Assembly (NCBI GenBank): GCA_031551525.1
Contig: JAVBNN010000009.1
Span: 67,835-131,834, forward strand
Direction: 5' to 3'
DNA: 64,000 nt
Origin: Acidaminococcales bacterium
GTDB taxonomy: Bacteria; Bacillota; Negativicutes; Acidaminococcales; JAISLQ01
Program-made: the position numbers and the translations under genes
The notes under the pieces: generated by a model
What the model was told of the DNA's origin: nothing
The model's input: only the letters and a program-made list of their open reading frames with translations
Database searches by the model: none
Shown: piece after piece, positions 19,010 to 29,370 of the stretch
How the letters are laid out: every line of letters starts with the position of its first letter
Position numbering within the stretch: the first letter of the stretch is position 1

Positions 19010-20311
19010 TTGCTCTCCAAATATTTTAAATTCACAGAACGAGGTACTACGTTTTCTACAGAAATCATCGCCGGCCTCACTACCTTTGTGACAATGGTTT
19101 ATATCGTCATCGTAAGCCCTGCGCTCATGAATAAGACCGGCATGGATTTTGACGGTGTGTTTATCGCGACTATTGCCGTTACCATGCTGTCAACGCTATT
19201 TATGGGTATAGGGGCAAACTATCCTATTGCCATTGCTCCCGGCATGGCATTGATATCATATTTTGTATTTAGTGTGGTCCTCGTGGACAAAATACCATGG
19301 CAACAGGCATTGGGCTGTGTTTTTATCTCTTCGCTGGCCTTTATGATTTTTTCCTTGACAAAATTTCGCAATGACCTGATAAATGCCATCCCGCAAGACT
19401 TGAAACACGCTATTACCGCAGGTATTGGGCTGTTTATTGCTTTTATTGGTTTGCAAAACTCCAAGCTGATCGTTGCTTCACCGGCAACATTAGTGCATAT
19501 GGGAAATTTGCGAGATCCAGTCACCGCGCTTACTGTATTGGGCATAGTGGCCACGCTTTCTCTGCTGGTGTACAATGTCCGGGGCGCTATATTTTTGGGG
19601 ATGTTACTGATTTTCACCTGTTCTTATGCTCTTGGTATGGTAGAGCTGCCGACGCAGCTATATTCCGTGCCGCATGGACTTGAAAAAACTGCTTTACAAC
19701 TGGATATCGCCGGTGTGTTTGCTAACGGACTGTATGCGGTCACTTTTACTTTTTTTCTGATTACTTTGTTTGATACTACCGGTACGATGCTCGGTGTAGC
19801 CAACAAGGCAGGACTTATAAAAGATGGCAAATTTGTCAATAGCAAGATGGCCTTGTTTGCCGATGCGCTTGGCAGTATGGTCAGTGGTCTGTTGGGTTCC
19901 AGTCCGACTTCGGCTTATGTAGAGTCAGGAGCAGGGGTTGCCGCCGGCGGGCGCACAGGCTTTACTTCGGTGGTGGTAGCTGTACTTTTTGGCTTGACGC
20001 TATTTTTTGCACCGGTGGCGAAAATGGTAGCTGCACTTCCGGCTGTTACCGCACCCGCCTTGATAATAACCGGCTTTTTGATGATGGAAGGGTTGGGTGA
20101 GATAAACTGGTCAAGTATTGACGATGCCTTTGCCGCTTTCATGATAGTTATTTTGATGCCACTCACTTATAGCATCGCCATCGCGATCGGCGTAGGATTT
20201 ATTCTTTACCCGATTTTTAAAATACTAGCAGGAAAGAAAAAGGAAGTGCATCCGATAATGTACATCCTGCAAATAGTCTTTTTCTTTCAGCTGGTGTTTT
20301 TAGGCCTGTAA
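19010..20311 (+). CDS. NCS2/AzgA-family purine (adenine/guanine/hypoxanthine) permease
   Basis: 433 aa polytopic protein starting F.ERGTTFSTEIIAGLTTF, with ...SPTSAYVESGAGVAAGGRTG characteristic of the PbuG/AzgA group. TTG start after a G-rich RBS. Confidence 0.85.
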   Translation: MLSKYFKFTERGTTFSTEIIAGLTTFVTMVYIVIVSPALMNKTGMDFDGVFIATIAVTMLSTLFMGIGANYPIAIAPGMALISYFVFSVVLVDKIPWQQALGCVFISSLAFMIFSLTKFRNDLINAIPQDLKHAITAGIGLFIAFIGLQNSKLIVASPATLVHMGNLRDPVTALTVLGIVATLSLLVYNVRGAIFLGMLLIFTCSYALGMVELPTQLYSVPHGLEKTALQLDIAGVFANGLYAVTFTFFLITLFDTTGTMLGVANKAGLIKDGKFVNSKMALFADALGSMVSGLLGSSPTSAYVESGAGVAAGGRTGFTSVVVAVLFGLTLFFAPVAKMVAALPAVTAPALIITGFLMMEGLGEINWSSIDDAFAAFMIVILMPLTYSIAIAIGVGFILYPIFKILAGKKKEVHPIMYILQIVFFFQLVFLGL

Positions 20312-20314
20312 AAC

Positions 20315-20357
20315 AAAAAAATACTCCCCTGTACAATGTACAGGGGAGTATTTTTTT
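20315..20357. terminator. bidirectional intrinsic terminator between convergent genes
   Basis: 14-bp perfect stem ATACTCCCCTGTAC/GTACAGGGGAGTAT flanked by an A-run and a T-run. Confidence 0.85.
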
Positions 20358-20362
20358 ATGTC

Positions 20363-22036
20363 TTATAATTGATCTTTCAGCACGGCTCCTGTATTGGCCG
20401 AAGAAACCAGTATGGCATATCTGGCCAGATAGCCGCTAGTGACTTTGGGCACCGGTTTCTGCCAGGCACTACGGCGTTTGGTAATTTCTTCTTCTGATAG
20501 CTTGACGGAAAGCTTTCTTGTAGGTATATCTATTTCGATAATGTCACCTTCTTCAATAAAGGCGATAGGGCCGCCTTCCATGGCTTCAGGGGATATATGG
20601 CCGATACATGCTCCCCGTGTAGCGCCGGAGAAGCGTCCGTCGGTCAGGAGAGCCACGTCTTTGTCAAGCCCCATCCCGGCCAGAACAGAGGTCGGGTTGA
20701 GCATTTCCCTCATGCCGGGGCCGCCTTTTGGGCCTTCATAACGAATGACGATGACATCACCTTTGTTTATTTTTTTGCCGACGATAGCGGCAATAGCCTC
20801 GTCTTCCGAGTTGTATACACGAGCCGGACCGGAATGCACCAGCATTTCTTCCGCTACGGCGCTTTCCTTGACGACTGCGCCGTCCGGGGCTAGGTTGCCG
20901 GACAGTACGGCTATGCCGCCGGTGGGGCGGTAGGGGGTTTCGATCGGACGGATGACTTCTTCATTTCGGTTTTGTGCTTTGGCGAGATTTTCACCGACAT
21001 TGTGGCCAGTCACGGTAAGACAGGCTGTTTTAATCAGGTTTTTCTTGCTTAATTCTTTCATTACGGCAGGTATGCCGCCGGCCTCATTAAGCTCCTGGAT
21101 AAAATGCGCGCCGCCGGGGCTCAAAGAAGCAATATAAGGAGTAGTTTGGGCGATTTCATTGAATAGATCAAGCGGCAGTTTGATGCCGGCGTCATGGGCG
21201 ATTGCCGGTAAATGCAGTGTGGTATTGCTGGATCCGCCGATAGCCATATCGACTGTTATAGCATTTTTAAAAGCGTCGATAGTCATTATATCACGGGCGT
21301 TTATACCCTTTTCCAGCATTTGCATTACTTGTTTGCCCGCCGTGCGTGAAAGCGCGGTGCGGGCCCCCTGGTAAGCGGCTGGTATAGTGCCATTGCCGGG
21401 AAGGGCGAGTCCAAGGACTTCTGCCAGACAATTCATCGTATTAGCCGTGTACATGCCGGAACAGGAACCGCAGCCGGGGCAGGCGGAGTTTTCTATCTCT
21501 TCCAGTTCCCCAACAGTTATTTTACCCGCCTCAAAGCGTCCGGCCGCCTCAAAGACATTACTGACGCCGATGTTTTGGCCTTCATACCGTCCGGCCAGCA
21601 TTGGACCGCCGCTGGCCACCACCGCAGGTATGTTCAGGCGAGCAGCCGCCATCAACATGCCCGGAACGATTTTGTCGCAATTGGGTATAAGTACCAGCGC
21701 GTCAAAACAATGCCCCAGTGCTACAGCCTCTATGCTGTCGGCTATAAGTTCGCGGCTGGGCAGGGGATATTTCATGCCATTGTGTCCCATGGCAATGCCA
21801 TCGCAAATACCGATGGCAGGTACCTCCACAGGCACGCCGCCATGCGCCCATACACCTTCTTTTACCGCTTTGGCTATAATATCAAGGTGTAAATGACCTG
21901 GTATGATTTCATTTTGGGCATTGACTATGCCGATCAACGGTTTATCCATATCTTCTCTGGTAAAACCGAGAGCGCTGAAAAGCGACCTGTGTGCGGCCCT
22001 GGTGGAGCCTTTTTTTACATCATCAGAACGTCTCAC
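20363..22036 (-). CDS. ilvD: dihydroxy-acid dehydratase
   Basis: [15 protein letters not shown] start, CDKIVPGM and [15 protein letters not shown] Fe-S motifs. Start trimmed to the GTG at 22036, with AGAGAGG 9 nt upstream. Confidence 0.95.
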   Translation of the reverse strand: MRRSDDVKKGSTRAAHRSLFSALGFTREDMDKPLIGIVNAQNEIIPGHLHLDIIAKAVKEGVWAHGGVPVEVPAIGICDGIAMGHNGMKYPLPSRELIADSIEAVALGHCFDALVLIPNCDKIVPGMLMAAARLNIPAVVASGGPMLAGRYEGQNIGVSNVFEAAGRFEAGKITVGELEEIENSACPGCGSCSGMYTANTMNCLAEVLGLALPGNGTIPAAYQGARTALSRTAGKQVMQMLEKGINARDIMTIDAFKNAITVDMAIGGSSNTTLHLPAIAHDAGIKLPLDLFNEIAQTTPYIASLSPGGAHFIQELNEAGGIPAVMKELSKKNLIKTACLTVTGHNVGENLAKAQNRNEEVIRPIETPYRPTGGIAVLSGNLAPDGAVVKESAVAEEMLVHSGPARVYNSEDEAIAAIVGKKINKGDVIVIRYEGPKGGPGMREMLNPTSVLAGMGLDKDVALLTDGRFSGATRGACIGHISPEAMEGGPIAFIEEGDIIEIDIPTRKLSVKLSEEEITKRRSAWQKPVPKVTSGYLARYAILVSSANTGAVLKDQL

Positions 22037-22105
22037 TAAAAAAACCTCTCTTTCACTGCTGAAAATCCATGCATACCTATTATAAAAATTAAAAATACTT
22101 ATATT

Positions 22106-22133
22106 ATTATAACGCAAGAGAAGGAGTTAGCAA
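22106..22133 (-). promoter_or_regulatory. candidate ilvD promoter
   Basis: On the minus strand: TTGCTA, a 16-nt spacer, then TATAAT, about 70 nt upstream of the ilvD start. Confidence 0.4.
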
Positions 22134-22322
22134 AGTTATCTAGAAATAAATGTATAAAGTACAATATTTGTTAAATATGATTTTTGAGGGAGAATCATTT
22201 TTGGGAGGTGAACATACCAAAAAACTCAATTCTCGACAAGCTTTTCTGTAATTTGTCAGTAGTAATGGAACGATTTTAACGGCATTTTGTCTAAAAAAAT
22301 ATAAGTAAAGGATGGTTTATTT

Positions 22323-23693
22323 ATGAAAGCCTTGCATCATTTGCAGAATCCTTATGCTCAATTTAACACAGATATTCCCGATACTTTTCCAGAAGACTAT
22401 ATGGTACCGCGTGCAGCACAGGCACTTGTGAAATCAGAAGCGTGGACAGACGCCAACCCCATGCTTAATTTGTCGTCTTTTGTAACTACATTTGCTGAAC
22501 CGGAACTCATTGATATTTATCAAAGCGCTATGTTTAAAAACTTTGCCGATCCTGACATGTACCCGCATACTAAAAACATGGAATTTACCTGTGTAAAATG
22601 GTTGCACAATCTCTGGCACGGTCCCAAAGACGCAGAACCGTATGGCGCGGCTACTATAGGTTCTTCCGAGGCCTGCATGTTGGCTGGTCTTGCCCATAAA
22701 TGGAACTGGAAAGAAGCGCGCGAAAAAGCGGGCAAGGATGCTACACGCCCCAACATGGTGACTGGCGGCAACGTACAGATAGTATGGAAAAAATTTCTGC
22801 GTTATTTTGATGTGGAGCCGCGTATCATTCCGCTCAAACCCGGCAACTACCGCTTGACCGCGGAACATCTCGACAAATATGTCGACGAAAACACCATTTG
22901 CGTTGTTGCGATCGCCGGACAGACCTTTACCGGCGAAGATGACGACTTTCAGGAAATACACGATTGGCTGGACGCCTATGAAAAGAAAACTGGTGTCTCC
23001 ATACCTATGCACATAGACGGCGCGTCCGGCGGCTTTGTCAATCCTTTCCTCTATCCCGACTACAAATGGGATTTCCGGTTACCTAGAGTACAGTCGATAA
23101 ACGCGTCCGGCCACAAATATGGCTTGGTGCCGCCTGGGTTGGGCTGGGTCGTTTTCCGTGACCGCAAGATATTTAATGAAAAACTGGTATTTTACGTCAA
23201 CTATCTTGGCGGTGAAGCTCCCACCGCGACCCTTAACTTCAGCAAAGGGTCGTCTACCGTGGTGGCTCAGTACTATCTGATGCTGCGCCTTGGTCGTGCC
23301 GGGTATACCACTATCATGAGAAACACGTTGGATAACGCGAACTATCTGCGCGACCGTCTGGTCAAAACAGGCAAATTTACTATTATGAACAAGACGCAAC
23401 GTATTCCGGTGGTGGCTTTGACTTTGCACAAAGACATCAAAAAATACAATGAATTTGACATTTCCAATAAAGTACGCGAACGTGGCTGGATCCTTTCAGC
23501 ATATTCCATGCCGCCTGACGCGGAAACAGTAAACTCGTTGCGCATAGTCGTGCGTCCGCATGTAAACCACAATCTGATGGAAATACTGGGCGACGACATC
23601 GAAAGAGCATGTGAATTCCTGGAGGAACACGGTGGAAATGCTACCCCGCCCAAACTTCACCCGGCGGAAACACACTCTGTCGCCAAGTGTTAA
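22323..23693 (+). CDS. gadB: glutamate decarboxylase (PLP-dependent, group II)
   Basis: NLSSFVTTFAEPE, YPHT...LWHGP and the PLP-lysine motif SINASGHKYG match the Gad family. Confidence 0.9.
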   Translation: MKALHHLQNPYAQFNTDIPDTFPEDYMVPRAAQALVKSEAWTDANPMLNLSSFVTTFAEPELIDIYQSAMFKNFADPDMYPHTKNMEFTCVKWLHNLWHGPKDAEPYGAATIGSSEACMLAGLAHKWNWKEAREKAGKDATRPNMVTGGNVQIVWKKFLRYFDVEPRIIPLKPGNYRLTAEHLDKYVDENTICVVAIAGQTFTGEDDDFQEIHDWLDAYEKKTGVSIPMHIDGASGGFVNPFLYPDYKWDFRLPRVQSINASGHKYGLVPPGLGWVVFRDRKIFNEKLVFYVNYLGGEAPTATLNFSKGSSTVVAQYYLMLRLGRAGYTTIMRNTLDNANYLRDRLVKTGKFTIMNKTQRIPVVALTLHKDIKKYNEFDISNKVRERGWILSAYSMPPDAETVNSLRIVVRPHVNHNLMEILGDDIERACEFLEEHGGNATPPKLHPAETHSVAKC

Positions 23694-23707
23694 ATTTTTT
23701 CGAACAA

Positions 23708-23732
23708 CCATACGCGGGTAAACCGCGTATGG
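23708..23732 (+). other. intercistronic stem-loop between gad and the transporter gene
   Basis: 10-bp stem CCATACGCGG/CCGCGTATGG with a GTAAA loop, followed by a T-rich but interrupted tail. It could be a partial terminator or an mRNA stabiliser. Confidence 0.4.
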
Positions 23733-23765
23733 CTTGTTGTAGTTTTAAAATAGGAGGGTAGCAGC

Positions 23766-25475
23766 ATGCATGAATTAGCTCAATTTTTAGCGGCAAACCC
23801 ATATATCCTGCTATTTGTGGTGCTTGCCTTGTCTATTTTTGTCGGCAAGCTGAGTATAAAAGGTTATGGGCTTGGCATGGTTGCGGCAGCGATCATCGTC
23901 GGTTGCGGCGTAGCCATCTGGGGAGCCACGCAAGGCGTAAAATTTAAACTGGATGAATTTACCAAATCGCTATTTTATTACCTTTTTATGTATGGAGTAG
24001 GTCTCCGTGTAGGGCCTTCTTTTATCAACAGTCTTAAAGGAGACGGCCTTAAATTTGTAATATTGGCTCTTGTATGCAGCCTCCTCGGCATGGGTATAGT
24101 AGTGGTGGGCGATGTTATTTTAGATTTACCGCTCGGCGCCGCTGGCGGCATGCTGGCAGGGTCGCAGACTATGTCAGCTGCCATAGGCAGTGCAGAGGAA
24201 GCTGTCCGCCAGGGTGCAGTAAAGTTGCCGCCCGGCACGACTTCTGAACAAGTCAGCGCCATGATAGCGCTTTGTTATGGTATCACATATATATGGGGTA
24301 CGGTCGGCATTATCCTCATTTGCAAATATTTACCGCGTTGGTGGGGGATTGATGCAGTAGCCGCCGCCAAAGAATATGAGGTGCAGCACGGCGTTCCCAA
24401 TGTCGATAATGTCGACTTGACCGGTTACCAGCCGACGGGCCTTAGAGCCTACAAGCTGGCCGACGAGCAGGTGTTTGGAAAAACTATCGAAGAATTCCGT
24501 AAAATTTACCCGGTCTACCATATCATTAATATAGAACGCAGCGGACAGAATATAATGGTAGATGAAAAAGCAGTCATGCAAAAAGACGACATCGTCGTTC
24601 TTGGTGGCAAACTGGAAGACCTGACTGCTAATATGGGCGTGCTCGGGCCAGAGGTGGCGGATGCCAAAGCCCTCAACATACCGCTCGACCAGGCGGAGAT
24701 ACTTGTTACGAGCGGACAGGTGGCTGGACATGCCTTGAAAGAATTTGCCAATTCCGAGGTAGCCGGTCAGGTGCAGGTCACCAGGATAGAAAGAGGCGGC
24801 GTGCCTATACCTGTCGGCACGGAAACCGTACTGCAAAAACGTGACGTTATTTTCCTGGTCGGCTTGAAGACCGCCGTTAACCGCATAGGAGAACGGATAG
24901 GCAGAGTGGCCCGCCATGATACTTCTACAGACCTGTTTACTCTTTCGATCGGTATGATATTGGGCTTTTTGATCGGACTCATACAGGTGCCGGCCTTTGG
25001 TGCCAATATCGGGTTGGGTAATGCCGGCGGACTTTTGGTTTCCGGTATAGTGGTATCGTCCGTTTCATCTAGGCTTCGTTACTTTGGCAATACGCCAAAT
25101 GCGGCCAGAAATATACTTGAAGACATGGGTCTGTTGGTATTTGTCGCTATTGTCGGTGTCAATGCCGGAGCAGACATGCTTAGCCAACTGACTGGTATGC
25201 TGGCGCTGAAGATTTTTGTGGTAGGTTTTTTTGCCTGCAGCATTCCTCCTTTTATCGTTTGGATACTCGGCCTTTATGTGTTCAAGATCAACCCTGCAGT
25301 ACTTATGGGCGGTACGGCAGGAGCGCGTTCGCATTCCGGTCCGGCTCGTGAAGCGGCCAAAGAGATAAACAGTTCTGTGCCATGGATAGGGTTTCCCGTA
25401 CCGTATGCCGTGTCCGGCATACTGCTCACGGTGTTCGGTTTCGTTAGTATGGTACTGGCAAATATGTTTAAATAA
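23766..25475 (+). CDS. AAE-family (AspT/YidE/YbjL) transporter with two central TrkA-C domains
   Basis: 569 aa: an N-terminal TM bundle, two RCK_C-like repeats (..DDIVVLGG.., ..RDVIFLVGL..) and a C-terminal TM bundle. GGAGGG RBS. Confidence 0.85.
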   Translation: MHELAQFLAANPYILLFVVLALSIFVGKLSIKGYGLGMVAAAIIVGCGVAIWGATQGVKFKLDEFTKSLFYYLFMYGVGLRVGPSFINSLKGDGLKFVILALVCSLLGMGIVVVGDVILDLPLGAAGGMLAGSQTMSAAIGSAEEAVRQGAVKLPPGTTSEQVSAMIALCYGITYIWGTVGIILICKYLPRWWGIDAVAAAKEYEVQHGVPNVDNVDLTGYQPTGLRAYKLADEQVFGKTIEEFRKIYPVYHIINIERSGQNIMVDEKAVMQKDDIVVLGGKLEDLTANMGVLGPEVADAKALNIPLDQAEILVTSGQVAGHALKEFANSEVAGQVQVTRIERGGVPIPVGTETVLQKRDVIFLVGLKTAVNRIGERIGRVARHDTSTDLFTLSIGMILGFLIGLIQVPAFGANIGLGNAGGLLVSGIVVSSVSSRLRYFGNTPNAARNILEDMGLLVFVAIVGVNAGADMLSQLTGMLALKIFVVGFFACSIPPFIVWILGLYVFKINPAVLMGGTAGARSHSGPAREAAKEINSSVPWIGFPVPYAVSGILLTVFGFVSMVLANMFK

Positions 25476-25484
25476 TTTATATAG

Positions 25485-25519
25485 AAAAAGCCTTGGCATA
25501 AACGGCCAAGGCTTTTTCT
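25485..25519 (+). terminator. intrinsic terminator
   Basis: AAAAAGCCTTGGC ... GCCAAGGCTTTTT hairpin with a T-run. Confidence 0.8.
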
Positions 25520-25644
25520 GTATGTACAGGTAAATTTCCAGTAGTCAGTTTTTGCTATTTTTGCTATAATAAAATCTACATGTAGTGTTTGAATGCATAT
25601 AAAATACCATATAATCGGTACTGGAATTTCTAGGGGGTTGTGAC

Positions 25645-28600
25645 TTGAGCTTTGATTATTGCCTCGTACCTGAAAAAAATGTTGGAAATGTTCTGTGTAT
25701 GGATTCGGTGCAGTTGACCGATGCAGAAAAGGCCGTTTTTGCAGAACTTAAAATATTAAAAATTGATATCTCCAGTACTTCTAATGACTGGTGCATCACA
25801 CTGGACAGCCGCTATTCGGCAGATGGCAGTTTACTGAATAAAATAGCGGCTTCTTTTTGTCAGTCATATAATCTCTCTAGTGTATGCTTTCAAACATCCG
25901 ATACAGAAGAAAACTGGCTTCTCCAAGCAAAAAATTATATGACAAAATATATAGAATCTGATTGTCCCGATATAGCGCATGTTTTACGCATGGGAGAGTG
26001 GACGGAACACGCGGAGACACTTTACATACCAGTAGAAAGTACCTTTGCCCTTGCCAGAATAAAACAAAAAAAGGTTGATAAAATATTTAACGATCTTTTA
26101 AAAATTAAATTTCCTAAAAAAGTAGCACTAGAATTCATTGTTTCGCCTATATCACGTGAACCTGTTGCAGACAATATGGTTACTGAAGAATACCTGGCTG
26201 CACTGGCTGTGGTAGAAGAAGAAAACAGCGGTGGCAAAACTATAAAAAACGGTGTGCTTTTTGGACGTTCCTTTAAAGGGCAGGTGCGCCCAATCAATTC
26301 AATACAAGAAGAAGAACCCAAAGTTATCGTTGAGGGTACTATACACCGCTTTGACCTGCGCGAAATGCGGACAGGCAGTTGCGCCCTTAAATTCGATATA
26401 TTTGACACAACGGATGGTTTACAGGCTAAAATAATTTTTGACAGTAAAGAAAAATACGTACAGGAAGCTAAATGGCTCAAAGCAGGCCAATATGTCCGAA
26501 TAATGGGAAGGGTCCAGCAGGACCGCTTTGAACGCAATGAACTAGTTCTCACACCCAAAAACATTATGTTGGTTGAAAAAATTCCCCGTTTTGATAATGC
26601 TTCTGAAAAACGCGTAGAATTGCACGCTCATACTAAAATGAGCGCTCTGGATGCTGTAATGTCTACTAAAGAATATATCCAATGTGCCACCGACTGGGGG
26701 CATCAGGCCGTAGCTATCACTGACCACGGCGTGGTGCAGGCTTTCCCGGAAGCATATGAGACGGCAAAACAGCTCAAAAGAGAAAAAGGAGTAGATATAA
26801 AAATAATTTATGGTATGGAAGGCTATCTAGTCGAGCATGAGGAAGACAAGGAAGCGTGGCATATCATAATCCTGGCGGCCAGCCAAAAAGGCCTGCAAAA
26901 CCTCTACCGGTTGGTATCTTTTTCCCATCTTAAATATTTTTACAAGCGTCCGCGCATACCGCGCAAACTGCTTGAAGAATATCGGGAAGGGCTTATTTTA
27001 GGATCGGCCTGCGAGGCGGGCGAACTGTACCAAGCAGTATTGAACAGTGAACATCCAGAGAAAATACGTGACATAGCTTCTTTTTACGATTATCTGGAAG
27101 TACAGCCTAACGGCAATAACGCCTTTTTATTGCGGACCGGCAGGGTAGCGGACGAAGAAACACTTTGTGCTATCAATAAAAAAATTATTGCTCTGGGCCA
27201 GGAACTGGGAAAACGAGTGGTTGCTACCTGTGACGTGCATTTTTTAAAACCGGAAGACGACGTGTATCGGCGCATATTGCAAGGCGGGCAGGGGTATTCG
27301 GATGCTGACCAGCAGCCGCCGATCTATTTTCGAACTACTGCCGAAATGTTTGAAGAGTTCAAATATCTGGACCAGGAAACTGCCCATGAAATAATCGTCA
27401 AAAACCCTGTTGAGATTGCCGCATCCATAGCGTCGCTGCAACCGATACCGGACGAGCTTTATTCGCCGCAGATACCGGGCGCGGCCGACGAAGTATCCAA
27501 TATGTCCTATTGCACGGCAAAAAAACTCTATGGGGATATCCTGCCGCAAATAGTCAGTGAGCGACTCGATATGGAACTCAAATGCATCACCGGCAACGGT
27601 TTTTCCGAACTATATCTTATAGCGCACAAATTGGTAAAAAAATCTCTGGATGACGGATATATAGTCGGCTCCCGAGGTTCGGTCGGCTCATCTTTGGTCG
27701 CTACGATGATGAATATTACTGAAGTCAATCCGCTGCCGCCGCATTATCGCTGCATACAATGCAATTATAGCGAATTTATTGAAGACGGCAGTGTTGGTTC
27801 GGGGTTTGATCTGCCGGAAAAAGCATGCCCACACTGTCAAAGCAAAATGACGCGCGACGGGCAAAATATACCTTTTGCGGTTTTTCTTGGTTTTAAAGGT
27901 GATAAAGTGCCGGACATCGATCTTAACTTTTCCGGCGAATACCAAGCCAAGGCGCACAAGTATACCGAAGAACTTTTTGGCCGGGCCAACGTTTTTCGTG
28001 CCGGAACCATTTCTACTATTGCGGAAAAAACGGCCGGCGGTTTCGCCCGTAAATATTACGAAGAAAAAGGCATGAGCGTCCGCTCGGCTCATGTAAACGG
28101 GGTAGCTGTCGGCTGCGAAGGAGTAAAACGCACTACCGGGCAACATCCGGGCGGCATCATGGTGGTGCCGCGCGATATGGACGTGCATTTCTTTACACCC
28201 TTGCAGCGCCCTGCCGATGACCGCGACTCTAATACCGTGACCACACACTTTGATTATCATTCTATAAATGACCGGCTAGTAAAACTAGATATCCTGGGAC
28301 ATGATGACCCGACTGTTATAAAATTGCTCGAAGAGCTGACCGGGGTAAAGATAAAAGACATCCCTTTCAATGACCCAGCAACCATGTCGCTCTTTCGCTC
28401 TACAGAGGCTCTTGGCGTATTGCCTGCTGCTTTGGGTTCCAATGTTGGTACTTTCGGCATTCCGGAATTTGGCACCCGTTTTGTAAGACAGATGCTGGAA
28501 GATACAAACCCCGCTTGTTTTAGCGATCTTGTACGTATAAGCGGGTATTCACACGGGGAAAATGTTTGGCTGGATAATGCCCAAGACCTGATAAAAAATA

Positions 28601-29361
28601 ACATTGCCAAAGTAGAAGAAACCATTTCATCGCGCGATGACATAATGATCTACCTGATGAAACAGGGTGTGGAGGCACTTACTGCTTTTAACACCATGGA
28701 AGATGTAAGAAAAAATAAATTTAATATAAACGAAGAAAAACGCAAAAAAGAAGGAAAGAAAACCTTTGAGGAAACAATGCGGGAAAATAATGTACCTGAA
28801 TGGTATATAGAGTCCTGCAAAAAAATAAAATATATGTTCCCTAAAGCCCACGCAACCGCCTATGTTATGATGGCTTATCGCATAGCCTGGTGCAAAGTGC
28901 ATTACCCCAAGGAATTTTATGCGGCTTACTTTAGTATACGGGCAGATGATTTTGACGCAGACCTGATATTGGAAGGGGCCGAATCGATTAAAAATCACTT
29001 AAAATCTATAGAGCAAAAGGGAAGAGAAGCCAGTGCAAAAGAAAAAAGCCTGGCCACTGTTCTTGAATTAGCTTATGAAATGAATCTGCGCGGACTGGAA
29101 TTTCACAGAGTAGATATTTATCAGTCCCACCCTAAACGCTTCCTGATAAAAGAAGGAGCCTTGTTGCCGCCGTTGACCGCGTTGGCCGGCTTGGGTCAAA
29201 ATGCCGCTTTGAATATAGCCACAGCCAGAAAAGAAGGTGAATTTATTTCGCGGGATGATTTACGCGTACGAGCGGGAATATCAAAGACCATCATCGAACT
29301 TCTGGGTAAGCATGGTTGCCTTGACGGCCTGCCGGAAAGCAATCAGGTGTGTTTATTTTGA
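25645..29361 (+). CDS. polC: DNA polymerase III PolC-type alpha subunit, lacking the inserted exonuclease domain
   Basis: OB fold, PHP (VELHAHT, ITDHG), GSRGSVGSS, zinc module PHYRCIQC..CPHC, DIDLNF, KRTTGQHPGG, KIKYMFPKAHA and a C-terminal HhH region are all colinear with Bacillus PolC. Length is only 1238 aa. TTG start after AGGGGG. Confidence 0.9.
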   Translation: MSFDYCLVPEKNVGNVLCMDSVQLTDAEKAVFAELKILKIDISSTSNDWCITLDSRYSADGSLLNKIAASFCQSYNLSSVCFQTSDTEENWLLQAKNYMTKYIESDCPDIAHVLRMGEWTEHAETLYIPVESTFALARIKQKKVDKIFNDLLKIKFPKKVALEFIVSPISREPVADNMVTEEYLAALAVVEEENSGGKTIKNGVLFGRSFKGQVRPINSIQEEEPKVIVEGTIHRFDLREMRTGSCALKFDIFDTTDGLQAKIIFDSKEKYVQEAKWLKAGQYVRIMGRVQQDRFERNELVLTPKNIMLVEKIPRFDNASEKRVELHAHTKMSALDAVMSTKEYIQCATDWGHQAVAITDHGVVQAFPEAYETAKQLKREKGVDIKIIYGMEGYLVEHEEDKEAWHIIILAASQKGLQNLYRLVSFSHLKYFYKRPRIPRKLLEEYREGLILGSACEAGELYQAVLNSEHPEKIRDIASFYDYLEVQPNGNNAFLLRTGRVADEETLCAINKKIIALGQELGKRVVATCDVHFLKPEDDVYRRILQGGQGYSDADQQPPIYFRTTAEMFEEFKYLDQETAHEIIVKNPVEIAASIASLQPIPDELYSPQIPGAADEVSNMSYCTAKKLYGDILPQIVSERLDMELKCITGNGFSELYLIAHKLVKKSLDDGYIVGSRGSVGSSLVATMMNITEVNPLPPHYRCIQCNYSEFIEDGSVGSGFDLPEKACPHCQSKMTRDGQNIPFAVFLGFKGDKVPDIDLNFSGEYQAKAHKYTEELFGRANVFRAGTISTIAEKTAGGFARKYYEEKGMSVRSAHVNGVAVGCEGVKRTTGQHPGGIMVVPRDMDVHFFTPLQRPADDRDSNTVTTHFDYHSINDRLVKLDILGHDDPTVIKLLEELTGVKIKDIPFNDPATMSLFRSTEALGVLPAALGSNVGTFGIPEFGTRFVRQMLEDTNPACFSDLVRISGYSHGENVWLDNAQDLIKNNIAKVEETISSRDDIMIYLMKQGVEALTAFNTMEDVRKNKFNINEEKRKKEGKKTFEETMRENNVPEWYIESCKKIKYMFPKAHATAYVMMAYRIAWCKVHYPKEFYAAYFSIRADDFDADLILEGAESIKNHLKSIEQKGREASAKEKSLATVLELAYEMNLRGLEFHRVDIYQSHPKRFLIKEGALLPPLTALAGLGQNAALNIATARKEGEFISRDDLRVRAGISKTIIELLGKHGCLDGLPESNQVCLF

Positions 29362-29370
29362 AGAAGAGTC

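Noticed and set aside
20439-22085. A series of 60-169-aa plus-strand ORFs overlapping ilvD
   Set aside because: They lie antisense to a confidently identified, full-length ilvD and have Ala/Pro/Ser/Arg-rich shadow-frame composition with no RBS. They are typical antisense artefacts. The same applies to most short track ORFs nested in purL, polC, infB, pnp and ftsK.
22037-22117. The N-terminal 27 codons of the listed ilvD ORF
   Set aside because: IlvD proteins begin at the RSDxxKKG motif. A GTG with a good RBS sits exactly there, and the upstream codons are AT-rich leader sequence.
25645-29361. The short polC as a pseudogene or truncated fragment
   Set aside because: The reading frame is continuous from a plausible RBS/TTG start to the conserved C-terminus, and all polymerase motifs are intact. 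Only the inserted exonuclease module is missing, with clean conserved flanks.
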